A stretch of 24,000 nucleotides of DNA, from NCBI GenBank assembly GCA_029288275.1, contig JARIHM010000085.1, positions 15,379 to 39,378 on the forward strand, written 5' to 3'. Shown here piece after piece: positions 14,739 to 22,476 of this stretch. Source of the stretch: Candidatus Saccharimonadota bacterium. Lineage in GTDB: Bacteria; Patescibacteriota; Saccharimonadia; UBA4664. Made by a program: the position numbers and the translations under genes. Within the stretch, counting starts at the first letter, position 1, and the number at the start of each line of letters is the position of its first letter. The notes beneath the pieces were generated by a model. The model was given only the letters and a program-made list of their open reading frames with translations, made no database searches and had not been told where the DNA came from.

Positions 14739-14766
14739 ACTATACTGATTTTTTCCACTATGTCAA
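14739..14766 (-). promoter_or_regulatory. sigma70-like promoter of the SPFH operon
   Basis: Minus strand: TTGACA (14766-14761), 16-nt spacer, TATAGT (14744-14739), in an AT-rich gap. Confidence 0.6.
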
Positions 14767-14794
14767 TAAATTTATACCGTTCTTAGCCCAGATA

Positions 14795-14803
14795 TGCTAA
14801 AAT
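14795..14803 (+). promoter_or_regulatory. extended -10 element upstream of tRNA-Ser
   Basis: TGCTAAAAT ends 10 nt before the tRNA 5' end. Confidence 0.45.
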
Positions 14804-14813
14804 AGCCCGGTCC

Positions 14814-14901
14814 GGAGGGGTCGCCTAGTGGCCTATGGCGCTCGCTTGGAAAGCGAGTTGGGTGCAAGCCCTCGAGGGTTCGAATCCCTCTCCCTCCGCC
14901 A
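14814..14901 (+). tRNA. tRNA-Ser (anticodon GGA), CCA encoded
   Basis: Manual fold: acceptor GGAGGGG/TCCCTCC, anticodon stem CTCGC/GCGAG, loop TTGGAAA (anticodon GGA), a long variable arm (class II), T-arm GAGGG-TTCGAAT-CCCTC, discriminator G, then CCA. Confidence 0.9.
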
Positions 14902-14915
14902 GGAATTATTTTGTG

Positions 14916-15383
14916 ATGGCTATGATATCAACTGGGATTGCACAAGCATCTGATCTAAGGGCAATCTATGAACTTGGCCAGACAGTGGCTGAGTTTGAGG
15001 TAAACGATCAGACCGTGGGATTCTGGCCTCAGGCCGTGGTAGCCGATGCCATTACAAGCACTGATGTACTCGTAATTGTGGCCCGGAATGATCGGGAAGA
15101 ATTAATTGGGTTCATCATTGCAAATTTGAATAAAACGCTACGCAAAGTTCTTATTGAGAACTTGGTTGTGGCTCCGCATGCCCGGGGGCGTAAAGTAGGT
15201 GGGGTAATGCTGGCTCATCTAGTGGCAATTGTTTCGGGCTCGGGGTATGAGTACCTGGCGGCTCTTGTGCCGCTGCAGGCCGAGAGTGCACTGCGAGCCT
15301 ATGGTGAGGCGGGGTTCTCCCGTGGACACAGCTTTGTGTGGCTTGATCGTACACTATCGCGGCATTTTCGGCGGTCAGGATAG
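14916..15383 (+). CDS. GNAT family N-acetyltransferase
   Basis: Acetyl-CoA motif A LVVAPHARGRKVGGVML. The start was trimmed from the track ORF (14835), which overlaps the tRNA. GTG 14913 and ATG 14922 are alternative starts. Confidence 0.75.
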   Translation: MAMISTGIAQASDLRAIYELGQTVAEFEVNDQTVGFWPQAVVADAITSTDVLVIVARNDREELIGFIIANLNKTLRKVLIENLVVAPHARGRKVGGVMLAHLVAIVSGSGYEYLAALVPLQAESALRAYGEAGFSRGHSFVWLDRTLSRHFRRSG

Positions 15384-15385
15384 AT

Positions 15386-15916
15386 ATGCAAGGGCTGGCA
15401 ATGATACTCATAATGCTGGCCGCGATAATCTTGGCGGGGTATGGGCTGCATGGCTACTACTTGGTGCGCAACCAGGTGCCGCTGGTGCGGCTGCCCTGGC
15501 CTGCGGTACAGCCGGTGCTGCAGGCACTTGAGCCGGCGGATAATGCTGTGCTGTACGATTTAGGCTGCGGCGATGGTCGGGTTTTGCGAGCGGCCTTGGC
15601 AGCTGGAGTGTATGCGCAGGTCGTGGGTATTGAGAACAACGTAATGGCCTGGGCTTGGGCGTACCTCCGGCTAGGCCGGCGGGGACGGGTTATTTGCGGC
15701 AACCTGCTGCATCAGGATGTATCCTCAGCCACTCGGCTGGTAGCGTATTTGAGCCCAGAGCTCATGCAGCTGCTAGAGCCGAAGCTGGTCCGCGAGCTGC
15801 CAGCTGGTGCGCGGCTGGTATCGGTGCAGTTTCCCCTGGCACGGCCGGCCAGCCGCATAATTGAGCTGCCGGATGCTCCAGCACATGCTCAAAGGCTCTA
15901 TGTGTATGATTTTTAA
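15386..15916 (+). CDS. class I SAM-dependent methyltransferase with an N-terminal TM helix
   Basis: Motif [15 protein letters not shown]-terminal hydrophobic segment [15 protein letters not shown]. Starts 2 nt after the GNAT stop. Confidence 0.7.
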   Translation: MQGLAMILIMLAAIILAGYGLHGYYLVRNQVPLVRLPWPAVQPVLQALEPADNAVLYDLGCGDGRVLRAALAAGVYAQVVGIENNVMAWAWAYLRLGRRGRVICGNLLHQDVSSATRLVAYLSPELMQLLEPKLVRELPAGARLVSVQFPLARPASRIIELPDAPAHAQRLYVYDF

Positions 15917-15942
15917 TCTACAATAGAGTCAGGAAAACGCTT

Positions 15943-17100
15943 ATGCCTAAAACAATTACCACAGCTCAAGATATCGCTACACTGGGAACGATCCTGGGCG
16001 TGTGGGCGCATCCGGACGATGAATCGTTCGTGGCGGCCGGTATCCTGGCTACCGCTGCTCGCAACGGCCAGACGGTAGTGTGCGCCACTGCGACGGAAGG
16101 CGAGGCGGGCATTCAAGATATCACCAAATGGCCAGCCGAGACTCTTGGCGCCACCCGGGTGGCCGAACTGCGGGCGGCACTGGCGGTTTTGGGCGTAGAG
16201 CAACACGTGTGGCTGGGGTACCCAGACGGGGGCTGTGCTGAAATTAGTCAAGCCAAGGCCGTTGCGGGTATCCGTTCCCTGTTGCGGCGGTTCCAGCCTG
16301 ATACGGTTATCACCTTTGGTCCTGACGGTCTTACGGGCCACCCGGATCACTGTGCGGTATCACGTTGGGCCACGTTGGCGGCTGGCTCGGTACGGCCGCG
16401 GCCGCGCTTGTTTTACGCCGTTCACACCCCCGAGCAGCACGAGCACTTTAAACCGGCCGATGCGCGCCTCAATATCTTTTTCAACATTGATCAGCCACCG
16501 CTGCGGGCGGCCGAAAACTGCGTCATCGCCTATGAACTGCCGCGCGACATTATGGCACTCAAGCATCAAGCGTTTAAGGTAATGCCCTCGCAAACGCAGA
16601 AATTGTTGCGTGTGCTAACTCCACGGGCCTTTTATCGCGCCTTTGGGGCCGAATATTTTGTAGAATATAATCCTCAGGAGGACGAGCCCATGACTGATAG
16701 CGATACTATGAAGCACCAACCCGAATCCTACTGGAAAGGCAAGCTGACACCCGAGCAATATCATATTATGCGCGAAAAAGGCACGGAGGTGCCGTGGACG
16801 GGTATTTACGTGGACAACCACGCGTCGGGTATGTATCGGTGCGCGGCTTGCGGCCAGGAGCTATTCTCGAGTGAGACAAAATTCGACAGCGGTTCTGGCT
16901 GGCCGAGCTTTTATGATGTAGCGGCCACCGGGCGAGTAGAACTGCACGAGGATAGTTCGGCCGGCCTGCAGCGCACCGAAGTAACTTGTGCGAACTGTGG
17001 CGCGCACTTGGGCCATGTATTCCCTGACGGCCCGGCTGATAAGACCGGTCAGCGCTATTGTATTAACTCGGCGGCGCTCGATTTTAAGGCTGCCAAGTGA
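15943..17100 (+). CDS. msrB: fusion ORF: LmbE/PIG-L family deacetylase (N-terminal) and methionine-R-sulfoxide reductase MsrB (C-terminal)
   Basis: N-terminal [10 protein letters not shown] and GHPDH motifs (LmbE/PIG-L). C-terminal MsrB motifs [28 protein letters not shown] and RYCINS. A single frame with no stop. An internal AGGAGGA-7 nt-ATG lies at 16690. Confidence 0.8.
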   Translation: MPKTITTAQDIATLGTILGVWAHPDDESFVAAGILATAARNGQTVVCATATEGEAGIQDITKWPAETLGATRVAELRAALAVLGVEQHVWLGYPDGGCAEISQAKAVAGIRSLLRRFQPDTVITFGPDGLTGHPDHCAVSRWATLAAGSVRPRPRLFYAVHTPEQHEHFKPADARLNIFFNIDQPPLRAAENCVIAYELPRDIMALKHQAFKVMPSQTQKLLRVLTPRAFYRAFGAEYFVEYNPQEDEPMTDSDTMKHQPESYWKGKLTPEQYHIMREKGTEVPWTGIYVDNHASGMYRCAACGQELFSSETKFDSGSGWPSFYDVAATGRVELHEDSSAGLQRTEVTCANCGAHLGHVFPDGPADKTGQRYCINSAALDFKAAK

Positions 17101-17933
17101 CGCTACCCGAGCAACAAGGACCTTCTGAGCGTCAAGCCGACCGGCCCGGCGCTGTCTTTGATCGTGATCTAGAATTGGTCGAATCATTACCTGAGCCGGA
17201 GCGTGGCCGGTATGCGCTGGATATTTTCGAAGAAGTGAGAGGTGACCAGATTTCTTCACTCTATCGAGGCGAACGTGATTTACCAATAACGAACGGTCGA
17301 GAGACCTGGATGCAGCAGTACTATCTGTATGACATCGGCAGCTCAACGCCCGGCGAAGATATTCATACCATTCGTCCTGGCTACAGCGATAACTATCCGC
17401 TTACGGTAACGCCGGAGCATGCCTTTGGTAAGGTGGCCCAGGGCATGATGGTGGTGATTGACCGCGACCGAGGCCCTTACCTGCATATAGGCGCCAGTGA
17501 ATGCAGCGCTCTGATTGCCGTCCAGCCAGACAAGCTCTGGGTGGCGCATGTGTCATACTCAATGACAATTGCAGCCGAGCAAGTAGTAGAACAGATGCGC
17601 CAGGCTGGTGTAACAGCAGACCAGCTCTATGCCGTGGCCTCGGTTGGGGCCTACCAGGAGCAAATGGCTGCGGCTCGCTCGGGTGAGTTTGCTAGACGCT
17701 TGACTCTGGATGATTATGCTCGCTTAGGCGTGGCGCCTGATCATCTGGCTAGCTTCGAGTGGTCAGTTGATCCTGATAACCCAAACATTAATCACAACCT
17801 GGCACGGATCCTCGTGAGTAATCAATCGGCCTATGTGAAGCTGGCCGACTATCGAAGCGAGTTGCAGGCCGGTTTCATGCGTGATGAACAGATCGGCCCC
17901 GATCGTGAGCTCGTGCTAGAATGGCCTCGATGA
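17097..17933 (+). CDS. hypothetical protein (278 aa)
   Basis: The GTG start overlaps the msrB stop (GTGA). The 3' end overlaps the next gene. Backbone-like codon usage. Contains [23 protein letters not shown]. Confidence 0.7.
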   Translation: MTLPEQQGPSERQADRPGAVFDRDLELVESLPEPERGRYALDIFEEVRGDQISSLYRGERDLPITNGRETWMQQYYLYDIGSSTPGEDIHTIRPGYSDNYPLTVTPEHAFGKVAQGMMVVIDRDRGPYLHIGASECSALIAVQPDKLWVAHVSYSMTIAAEQVVEQMRQAGVTADQLYAVASVGAYQEQMAAARSGEFARRLTLDDYARLGVAPDHLASFEWSVDPDNPNINHNLARILVSNQSAYVKLADYRSELQAGFMRDEQIGPDRELVLEWPR

Positions 17934-18727
17934 CCAATCCGCGGCTGCAAGAATTTCGCGACACTATCTGGAATTTCTATCACGATCACGGCCGTGATCT
18001 GCCTTGGCGCCATGATCCCACGCCATATCAGGTGCTTATTAGTGAGGTGATGCTGCAGCAGACGCAGGTAAGCCGGGTGCTGGTGAAGTACGCCGAGTGG
18101 ATGCGGACGTTTTCGGACTTTGAAACTCTGGCCCGTGCGAGCGTGGCCGAGGTGTTGACGGCTTGGCAGGGCCTCGGATACAACCGGCGGGCGCTCTGGC
18201 TGCAGCGGGCTACCCAGATGGTAGTGAATGACTACAGCGGAGTGCTACCGCGCGATCCATCGGTGCTCGTGATGCTGCCGGGCATTGGGCCTAATACCGC
18301 CGGGAGCATCGCGGCCTTTGCCTACCAGGAGCCCACGGTTTTTATTGAGACCAATATTCGGCGAGTGTTTTTGCATGAGTTCTTTGCTGATCAAGAGAGT
18401 GTGGCCGATGCCGAGCTGCGACCACTAATTGAGGCGACCGTCGACCCGGAACACCCCCGCGAATGGTACTACGCGCTTATGGACTATGGCGCGGATCTAG
18501 CCAAGCGCGTGCCCAATCCGAACCGCCGTAGTAAACATTACAATGTTCAGGGTAAGTTTGAGGGTAGCGTACGTCAGATCCGGGGCGAGGTACTGCGCCA
18601 GCTGCTGGAACGGCCCCGAAGACTGGGCGAGTTTGAGGTCGCCGATGAACGGTTGGCGGCCGTTTTGGCGGCGCTCGTGAAAGAAGGTTTTGCTGTGCAG
18701 GAGGGCGATATTTATCGCCTTCACTAG
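17921..18727 (+). CDS. HhH-GPD DNA glycosylase, MutY-like, with no cysteines
   Basis: LPWR...PYQVLISEVMLQQTQV, GLGYNRRA and the HhH motif LPGIGPNTAGSIAAFAY. There is no Cys anywhere, so no 4Fe-4S loop. The C-terminus looks like a winged helix, not NUDIX-like. An alternative ATG at 17930 gives an ATGA overlap. Confidence 0.8.
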   Translation: MASMTNPRLQEFRDTIWNFYHDHGRDLPWRHDPTPYQVLISEVMLQQTQVSRVLVKYAEWMRTFSDFETLARASVAEVLTAWQGLGYNRRALWLQRATQMVVNDYSGVLPRDPSVLVMLPGIGPNTAGSIAAFAYQEPTVFIETNIRRVFLHEFFADQESVADAELRPLIEATVDPEHPREWYYALMDYGADLAKRVPNPNRRSKHYNVQGKFEGSVRQIRGEVLRQLLERPRRLGEFEVADERLAAVLAALVKEGFAVQEGDIYRLH

Positions 18728-18743
18728 TTCTGGTCCATAAAGG

Positions 18744-18772
18744 ATGACACCTCTGGCAAACTCCGGTAATAT
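18744..18772 (+). promoter_or_regulatory. sigma70-like promoter
   Basis: ATGACA (18744-18749), 17-nt spacer, TAATAT (18767-18772). Confidence 0.5.
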
Positions 18773-18813
18773 CAGGCAGGCTACGTGTTGTCGACCTGTG
18801 CGAAGGAGCCGCA

Positions 18814-18996
18814 GTGGGCAATGTACCGAAGAAGGACGAGATCTGGGTCCACAACCTATCTGGTCAAGAGTTTAAAATCGTGAGCGTGAGCGAGGAAGAA
18901 GTGAGATTCCGCGGGCTCTACCGTAGTTCTGCTCGTCCGCTCCGCAAGCCGCTGCAAGAGTTTCTCGTTCATTACAGCAAGAAATTAAAAAAGTAG
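18814..18996 (+). CDS. small hypothetical protein (60 aa)
   Basis: GAAGGAG, 5-nt spacer, GTG. It has its own promoter and a downstream hairpin. Product MGNVPKKDEIWVHNLSGQEFKIVSVSEEEVRFRG... Confidence 0.5.
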   Translation: MGNVPKKDEIWVHNLSGQEFKIVSVSEEEVRFRGLYRSSARPLRKPLQEFLVHYSKKLKK

Positions 18997-19017
18997 AGCT
19001 GAGCCAGCGATTACAAT

Positions 19018-19048
19018 GTGGACCTACGGCCGATTGCCGTGGGTCCAC
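19018..19048 (+). terminator. extended hairpin, a possible terminator lacking a U-tract
   Basis: Stem gtggacc / ggtccac enclosing acggc / gccgt. Confidence 0.45.
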
Positions 19049-19074
19049 CCTAAGGAATGATAAGCTAGAACCGT

Positions 19075-19470
19075 ATGGCCGGATATTCTGAACGACCGTT
19101 AATTGAAAAACTAGGCGTGCGGGCTGAAGCCCGGACGATCATTTTGCGTGCGCCCAAAGGCTACCTTGAGCTTATGCCCGAGCTGCCTGAGCGCGCTCAG
19201 ATGGTGACACGGCTGGCTGGTCTATTCGATTTTATGCAATACTTTGCTACCAGCACCGAGCAGCTGGAGGCCGTGTTGCCAAATTTGGTGCGGCATCTAC
19301 AATCGGACGGCATGCTGTGGATTAGCTGGGCCAAGCGCACCTCGCCACTGCATACAGGGCTGGCCGAACCAGCGGTACGGCGACTGGGCCTAGCGACTGG
19401 TCTGGTAGACGTTAAAGTGGCCGCCCTGACCGATGATTGGTCGGGGCTCAAATTCGTGTATCGATCCTAG
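19075..19470 (+). CDS. DUF3052-like protein
   Basis: MAGYSERPLIEKLGV..., WISWAKR and VDVKVAALTDDWSGLKFVYR match my recollection of the DUF3052 family, which is common in Actinobacteria. Confidence 0.65.
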   Translation: MAGYSERPLIEKLGVRAEARTIILRAPKGYLELMPELPERAQMVTRLAGLFDFMQYFATSTEQLEAVLPNLVRHLQSDGMLWISWAKRTSPLHTGLAEPAVRRLGLATGLVDVKVAALTDDWSGLKFVYRS

Positions 19471-19496
19471 ACTTTATTTTTTATATATTGTATAGT
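19468..19496 (+). promoter_or_regulatory. sigma70-like promoter of the J-domain cassette
   Basis: TAGACT (19468-19473, containing the upstream stop codon), 17-nt spacer, TATAGT (19491-19496), in a very AT-rich gap. Confidence 0.5.
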
Positions 19497-19550
19497 ATTT
19501 TTCGACTACGATTGTGTGGTCGCTCATTCCAACCCAGAGAAGGGATTCTC

Positions 19551-20069
19551 ATGAGCGCAACGACTCACTTGCCGGCGGTTGTGACCGAAGCAGGCGGGGC
19601 ACTGGTAAGCGTTCTCAGCTGGACTCAGTACACCGAATTGTCGCCCCAGGTGACCTATGCCCTGGGCCGGCTGGTGGGCGAGCACCCTGACCTCAACACC
19701 GAGCAGCGTGTGGATCTGCTGGCCGATATGGCCCACCACCACGGGTCTTCGTTCGATGCGGAGTTCCTGGAGCTGCTCGAAGAGTACACGCCGGAGCTGG
19801 TTCACCTGGCCATCGACACTCTGTACGAATGCGCTTACCGTGATCGTCAGGGTGGCAAGATGGCCGACCTGGAGGGTCTGGCCAAGTTCATTCAGGCTGC
19901 TGGTGAGTACGGCCGCGAGCTGACGACCGTTCATGGCGTCAGCGTGTTGCTGGAACGCCTGGGTGGTCTGGAAGTGGTGGTTGAGTACTCACTCACCGAG
20001 ATCGAGCAAGCGCTCGATGGTTTGGACGAAGCCGACAGCAGGGGAGGGTATGTTGAGGAGCTCATTTGA
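19551..20069 (+). CDS. orphan acidic protein (172 aa), first gene of the J-domain cassette
   Basis: GAGAAGGGA, 5-nt spacer, ATG. G/C-rich codons. Product MSATTHLPAVVTEAGGALVSVLSWTQYTEL...; D/E-rich C-terminus. Confidence 0.7.
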   Translation: MSATTHLPAVVTEAGGALVSVLSWTQYTELSPQVTYALGRLVGEHPDLNTEQRVDLLADMAHHHGSSFDAEFLELLEEYTPELVHLAIDTLYECAYRDRQGGKMADLEGLAKFIQAAGEYGRELTTVHGVSVLLERLGGLEVVVEYSLTEIEQALDGLDEADSRGGYVEELI

Positions 20070-20970
20070 GATCCTAGGAGTACCTCGAGGACTGGTGCGC
20101 CGGGCCCTTGAGGCCGATGCGCTGGACACGCTTGCATCGGTTATCAAGCGTTATCACCGTGTCCTCTTGCACGAATACCATCCCGACCAGCCTACGGGTG
20201 ATGCTCAACTGCTGGATGAGGTGGTCAAAGTCTACAAGCAGCTCCAGGACCCAATCGCGCTAAAGTTTGAGGCTGAGCTCTACGTGAAGGATGGCCTGGC
20301 GCCCAAGACCGCTGCGGCCAGCTCGAAGCGTCAAGCTCAGCGCGATGACCGTGTTCGCGAAGCCCTGGAGACAATGCTTCTGGTTGTGGACCAGCAGTGC
20401 ATCCTGGGCGCTTCCGGGCCGGTGCGGTTCTTTGTCGGACTGGACGTCTCGGGCTCGGACTTTAGCGGGAGCTACGAGGAAGGCCTGGCCGGAGAGCTGA
20501 GCGCCCATGCGCTCACTCTGGCGCGGACTCTGCCCATAGCCGACCCGACTGGGCTTGACGGGGCTGATAAGCTGGTCTTCGATGGCCGTCCTGAGTTCGA
20601 TATCCAGGAGAACCTCTGGCGCGACGTTGCTTTCGTTAACCCAGAGGTTAATTCCGAGAGCCGCAGCTGGCTTCACCGCCAGACGGTGCCGCTTCCTAGC
20701 GATATCAGGCTGGCTGGGGCAGTGGCCAAGGGGCTGGCGGCGGATCTGTGGGTATCGCTGTACGGAGCGCGTGGTTCCGGTCCGTCGGCTAGAGGCGCGC
20801 TCCCTGGCGGCCGGCTCCAAGGCTTAGCCTGGGCGCCGTTTGGCCAGTGTTGGTGGGCGCCGTTGTTGCAACCGCGGGCTGCCCTGGGCGATCATCTGGT
20901 CCTCGTGAGGGATGGCGAATCCCCGCTCTACACATTGACGGGCCGGCTCTTAGCCTGCGAGCCAATGTAG
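20050..20970 (+). CDS. J-domain protein with an unrecognised roughly 230-aa C-terminal region
   Basis: SFEILGVPRGL...IKRYHRVLLHEYHPDQPTGDAQLLDEVVKVYKQLQDP has the HPD tripeptide at 20179-20187. It overlaps the upstream gene by 20 nt. An alternative start is ATG 20017. Confidence 0.72.
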   Translation: MLRSSFEILGVPRGLVRRALEADALDTLASVIKRYHRVLLHEYHPDQPTGDAQLLDEVVKVYKQLQDPIALKFEAELYVKDGLAPKTAAASSKRQAQRDDRVREALETMLLVVDQQCILGASGPVRFFVGLDVSGSDFSGSYEEGLAGELSAHALTLARTLPIADPTGLDGADKLVFDGRPEFDIQENLWRDVAFVNPEVNSESRSWLHRQTVPLPSDIRLAGAVAKGLAADLWVSLYGARGSGPSARGALPGGRLQGLAWAPFGQCWWAPLLQPRAALGDHLVLVRDGESPLYTLTGRLLACEPM

Positions 20971-20976
20971 CACGTG

Positions 20977-21012
20977 GCCCCCTGTCGTAATGCGACAGGG
21001 GGCTTTCCTTTT
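20977..21012 (+). terminator. rho-independent terminator
   Basis: 11-bp stem gccccctgtcg / cgacagggggc with loop taatg, followed by tttcctttt. Confidence 0.85.
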
Positions 21013-21054
21013 GGTCCTGTGCTCGGTACAGTGCTTAGGTAACGGCAAATCTTC

Positions 21055-22053
21055 ATGTACGAATCGCTCCACAATCATACAACTGCCTCGGACGGCGCTC
21101 AGACGTATGCCGAAGTACTAGCTACGGCCGCGACCGCCGGTTTCGGCGTGATGGCTTTTACTGATCATGACATGCTACCAAGCCACGCTGAGCTGACGGC
21201 GCTCAAGGCTTACACGGGGCCGGTTAAGTGGTTGATCGGCTGCGAAATTTCGAGCGGTTTGCCGCGGGAACTAGGCGGTGGTGTGGCCAGCATGTTTCAT
21301 ATTTTGGGCCTCTTTACCGATCCGACCAATCAAGCATTACGGGAGCATTGCCGTCAGGCGTTGGCCGCCCGTACCGAGCGTATGGAGCGCATTGTGGCTA
21401 ATCTGCGCGGTCTCGGTTTTACCATTAGTGTGGATGACTGCCTGCGTGCTTCGGGTGGCGAGAGCGTGGGCCGGCCACATATTGTGAAAGCGCTGGGTGC
21501 CTACCCGGCGAATGCCGTCATTATGGCCGACATCAAGGCTCAAATGGAGGCAGCGGCTGTCACCAACGCCAGCGTGGCCATGGACTATATGCGCATGCTA
21601 GAGCGTGATCCCAGCGATTATCCTTACCGGCTCTTCCTGAGCGACGACGCCTTTATCCCCGGTGTGTACGTTGATTATTTGTACTCAATCGACATGGACG
21701 CTAGCGTAACATTGATCCGCGAGGCCGGTGGCATGGCCATTTTGGCGCATTGGCCAACCATTAAGCGTAAGGTTAATGCCCAGATGGTGGAGCAATTCTT
21801 GCGCGATGGCCGCCTCGACGGCGTGGAGCTACGCAGCGGCTTCTTTGATAGCGAAGTGGAAAGTGCGGCTCGCCAGCTGACCGCCATGGCCGAACGTACC
21901 AACGCCATCACCACCTTTGGCATCGACGGCCACCGCGAGGAAGACATCCTGCGCTTTGGCCGCGATGCGCTACTGGCCAACCAAACGATTGGCCAAACGG
22001 CTCAACTAATTGAGCGCTTGCAGCCCGATTTGAGCTGGAGTAATCTGAGTTAG
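21055..22053 (+). CDS. PHP-domain metal-dependent phosphoesterase (TrpH/YciV-like)
   Basis: N-terminal LHNHTTASDG and AFTDHD motifs, with later His/Asp motifs (ILAHW, GIDGH). Confidence 0.85.
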   Translation: MYESLHNHTTASDGAQTYAEVLATAATAGFGVMAFTDHDMLPSHAELTALKAYTGPVKWLIGCEISSGLPRELGGGVASMFHILGLFTDPTNQALREHCRQALAARTERMERIVANLRGLGFTISVDDCLRASGGESVGRPHIVKALGAYPANAVIMADIKAQMEAAAVTNASVAMDYMRMLERDPSDYPYRLFLSDDAFIPGVYVDYLYSIDMDASVTLIREAGGMAILAHWPTIKRKVNAQMVEQFLRDGRLDGVELRSGFFDSEVESAARQLTAMAERTNAITTFGIDGHREEDILRFGRDALLANQTIGQTAQLIERLQPDLSWSNLS

Positions 22054-22082
22054 CCCGAGTTCTCTCACGAGAGGTGCCTTCG

Positions 22083-22244
22083 GTGGCTCGCAAGAAAAAA
22101 GGAAAAAAGACGGGCTTTAAGTGTAGTAGCTGCACGCACGACGTTTATGCGTGCGGCGTAAGCGGCAATAATCATACCGACTGTAGTAACTGTAATGGCA
22201 AGCTGGTTGTCTGCGCCAACCGAAAGTGTAGTACTAACAGGTGA
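22083..22244 (+). CDS. small Cys-rich basic protein (53 aa), coding status uncertain
   Basis: GAGAGG about 6 nt upstream of a GTG, 30 nt after the PHP stop. Product MARKKKGKKTGFKCSSCTHDVYACGVSGNNHTDCSNCNGKLVVCANRKCSTNR (7 Cys). Confidence 0.4.
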   Translation: MARKKKGKKTGFKCSSCTHDVYACGVSGNNHTDCSNCNGKLVVCANRKCSTNR

Positions 22245-22253
22245 TTTCTACCG

Positions 22254-22282
22254 TTGCGCACGATCGTTTCGCCTGATATAAC
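22254..22282 (+). promoter_or_regulatory. sigma70-like promoter with an extended -10
   Basis: TTGCGC (22254-22259), 17-nt spacer ending in TGA, TATAAC (22277-22282). Confidence 0.5.
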
Positions 22283-22327
22283 ATCCTAGCAAGGGGAGAC
22301 CCTAGTCCTTCTTGAGAGGAAAGAAAG

Positions 22328-22471
22328 ATGAGTGAGGCGGATCGACGCCAGCTTCTTCCAGCGGACCTTGGGCGGGTCTTGACTCAGCCGGCCCGTCGAC
22401 GGGTTCCGCGCTCACGAGCCGCTGGCCGGCCGGAACACAAGCTTACTCCTCACAATGAGGTCAAGCGCTGA
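22328..22471 (+). CDS. small basic ORF (47 aa), coding status uncertain
   Basis: GAGAGGAAAG upstream of the ATG. Product MSEADRRQLLPADLGRVLTQPARRRVPRSRAAGRPEHKLTPHNEVKR. Confidence 0.35.
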   Translation: MSEADRRQLLPADLGRVLTQPARRRVPRSRAAGRPEHKLTPHNEVKR

Positions 22472-22476
22472 ATGGG

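Noticed and set aside
13339-14808. Shared 8-mer gctaaaat on both sides of the SPFH cassette (13341-13348 and 14796-14803) as possible target-site duplication.
   Set aside because: An 8-nt match between two flanks of about 100 nt is easily expected by chance. One copy lies inside the terminator loop and the other is the tRNA -10 box.
14814-14901. tRNA-Ser as the integration site (attB) for the adjacent SPFH cassette.
   Set aside because: The cassette lies upstream of the tRNA 5' end and is divergent from it, not at the 3' end. No integrase is present, and I found no duplicated tRNA 3' segment.
14835-14915. N-terminal extension of the GNAT ORF as listed in the track (start 14835).
   Set aside because: The extension overlaps the tRNA-Ser gene and simply translates tRNA sequence. 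The start was moved to 14916.
22083-22244. The Cys-rich 53-aa peptide as a SCIFF/ranthipeptide or other RiPP precursor.
   Set aside because: There is no radical-SAM or other maturase gene adjacent. The neighbours are a PHP phosphoesterase and a small orphan cassette. It is kept only as a generic Cys-rich small ORF.
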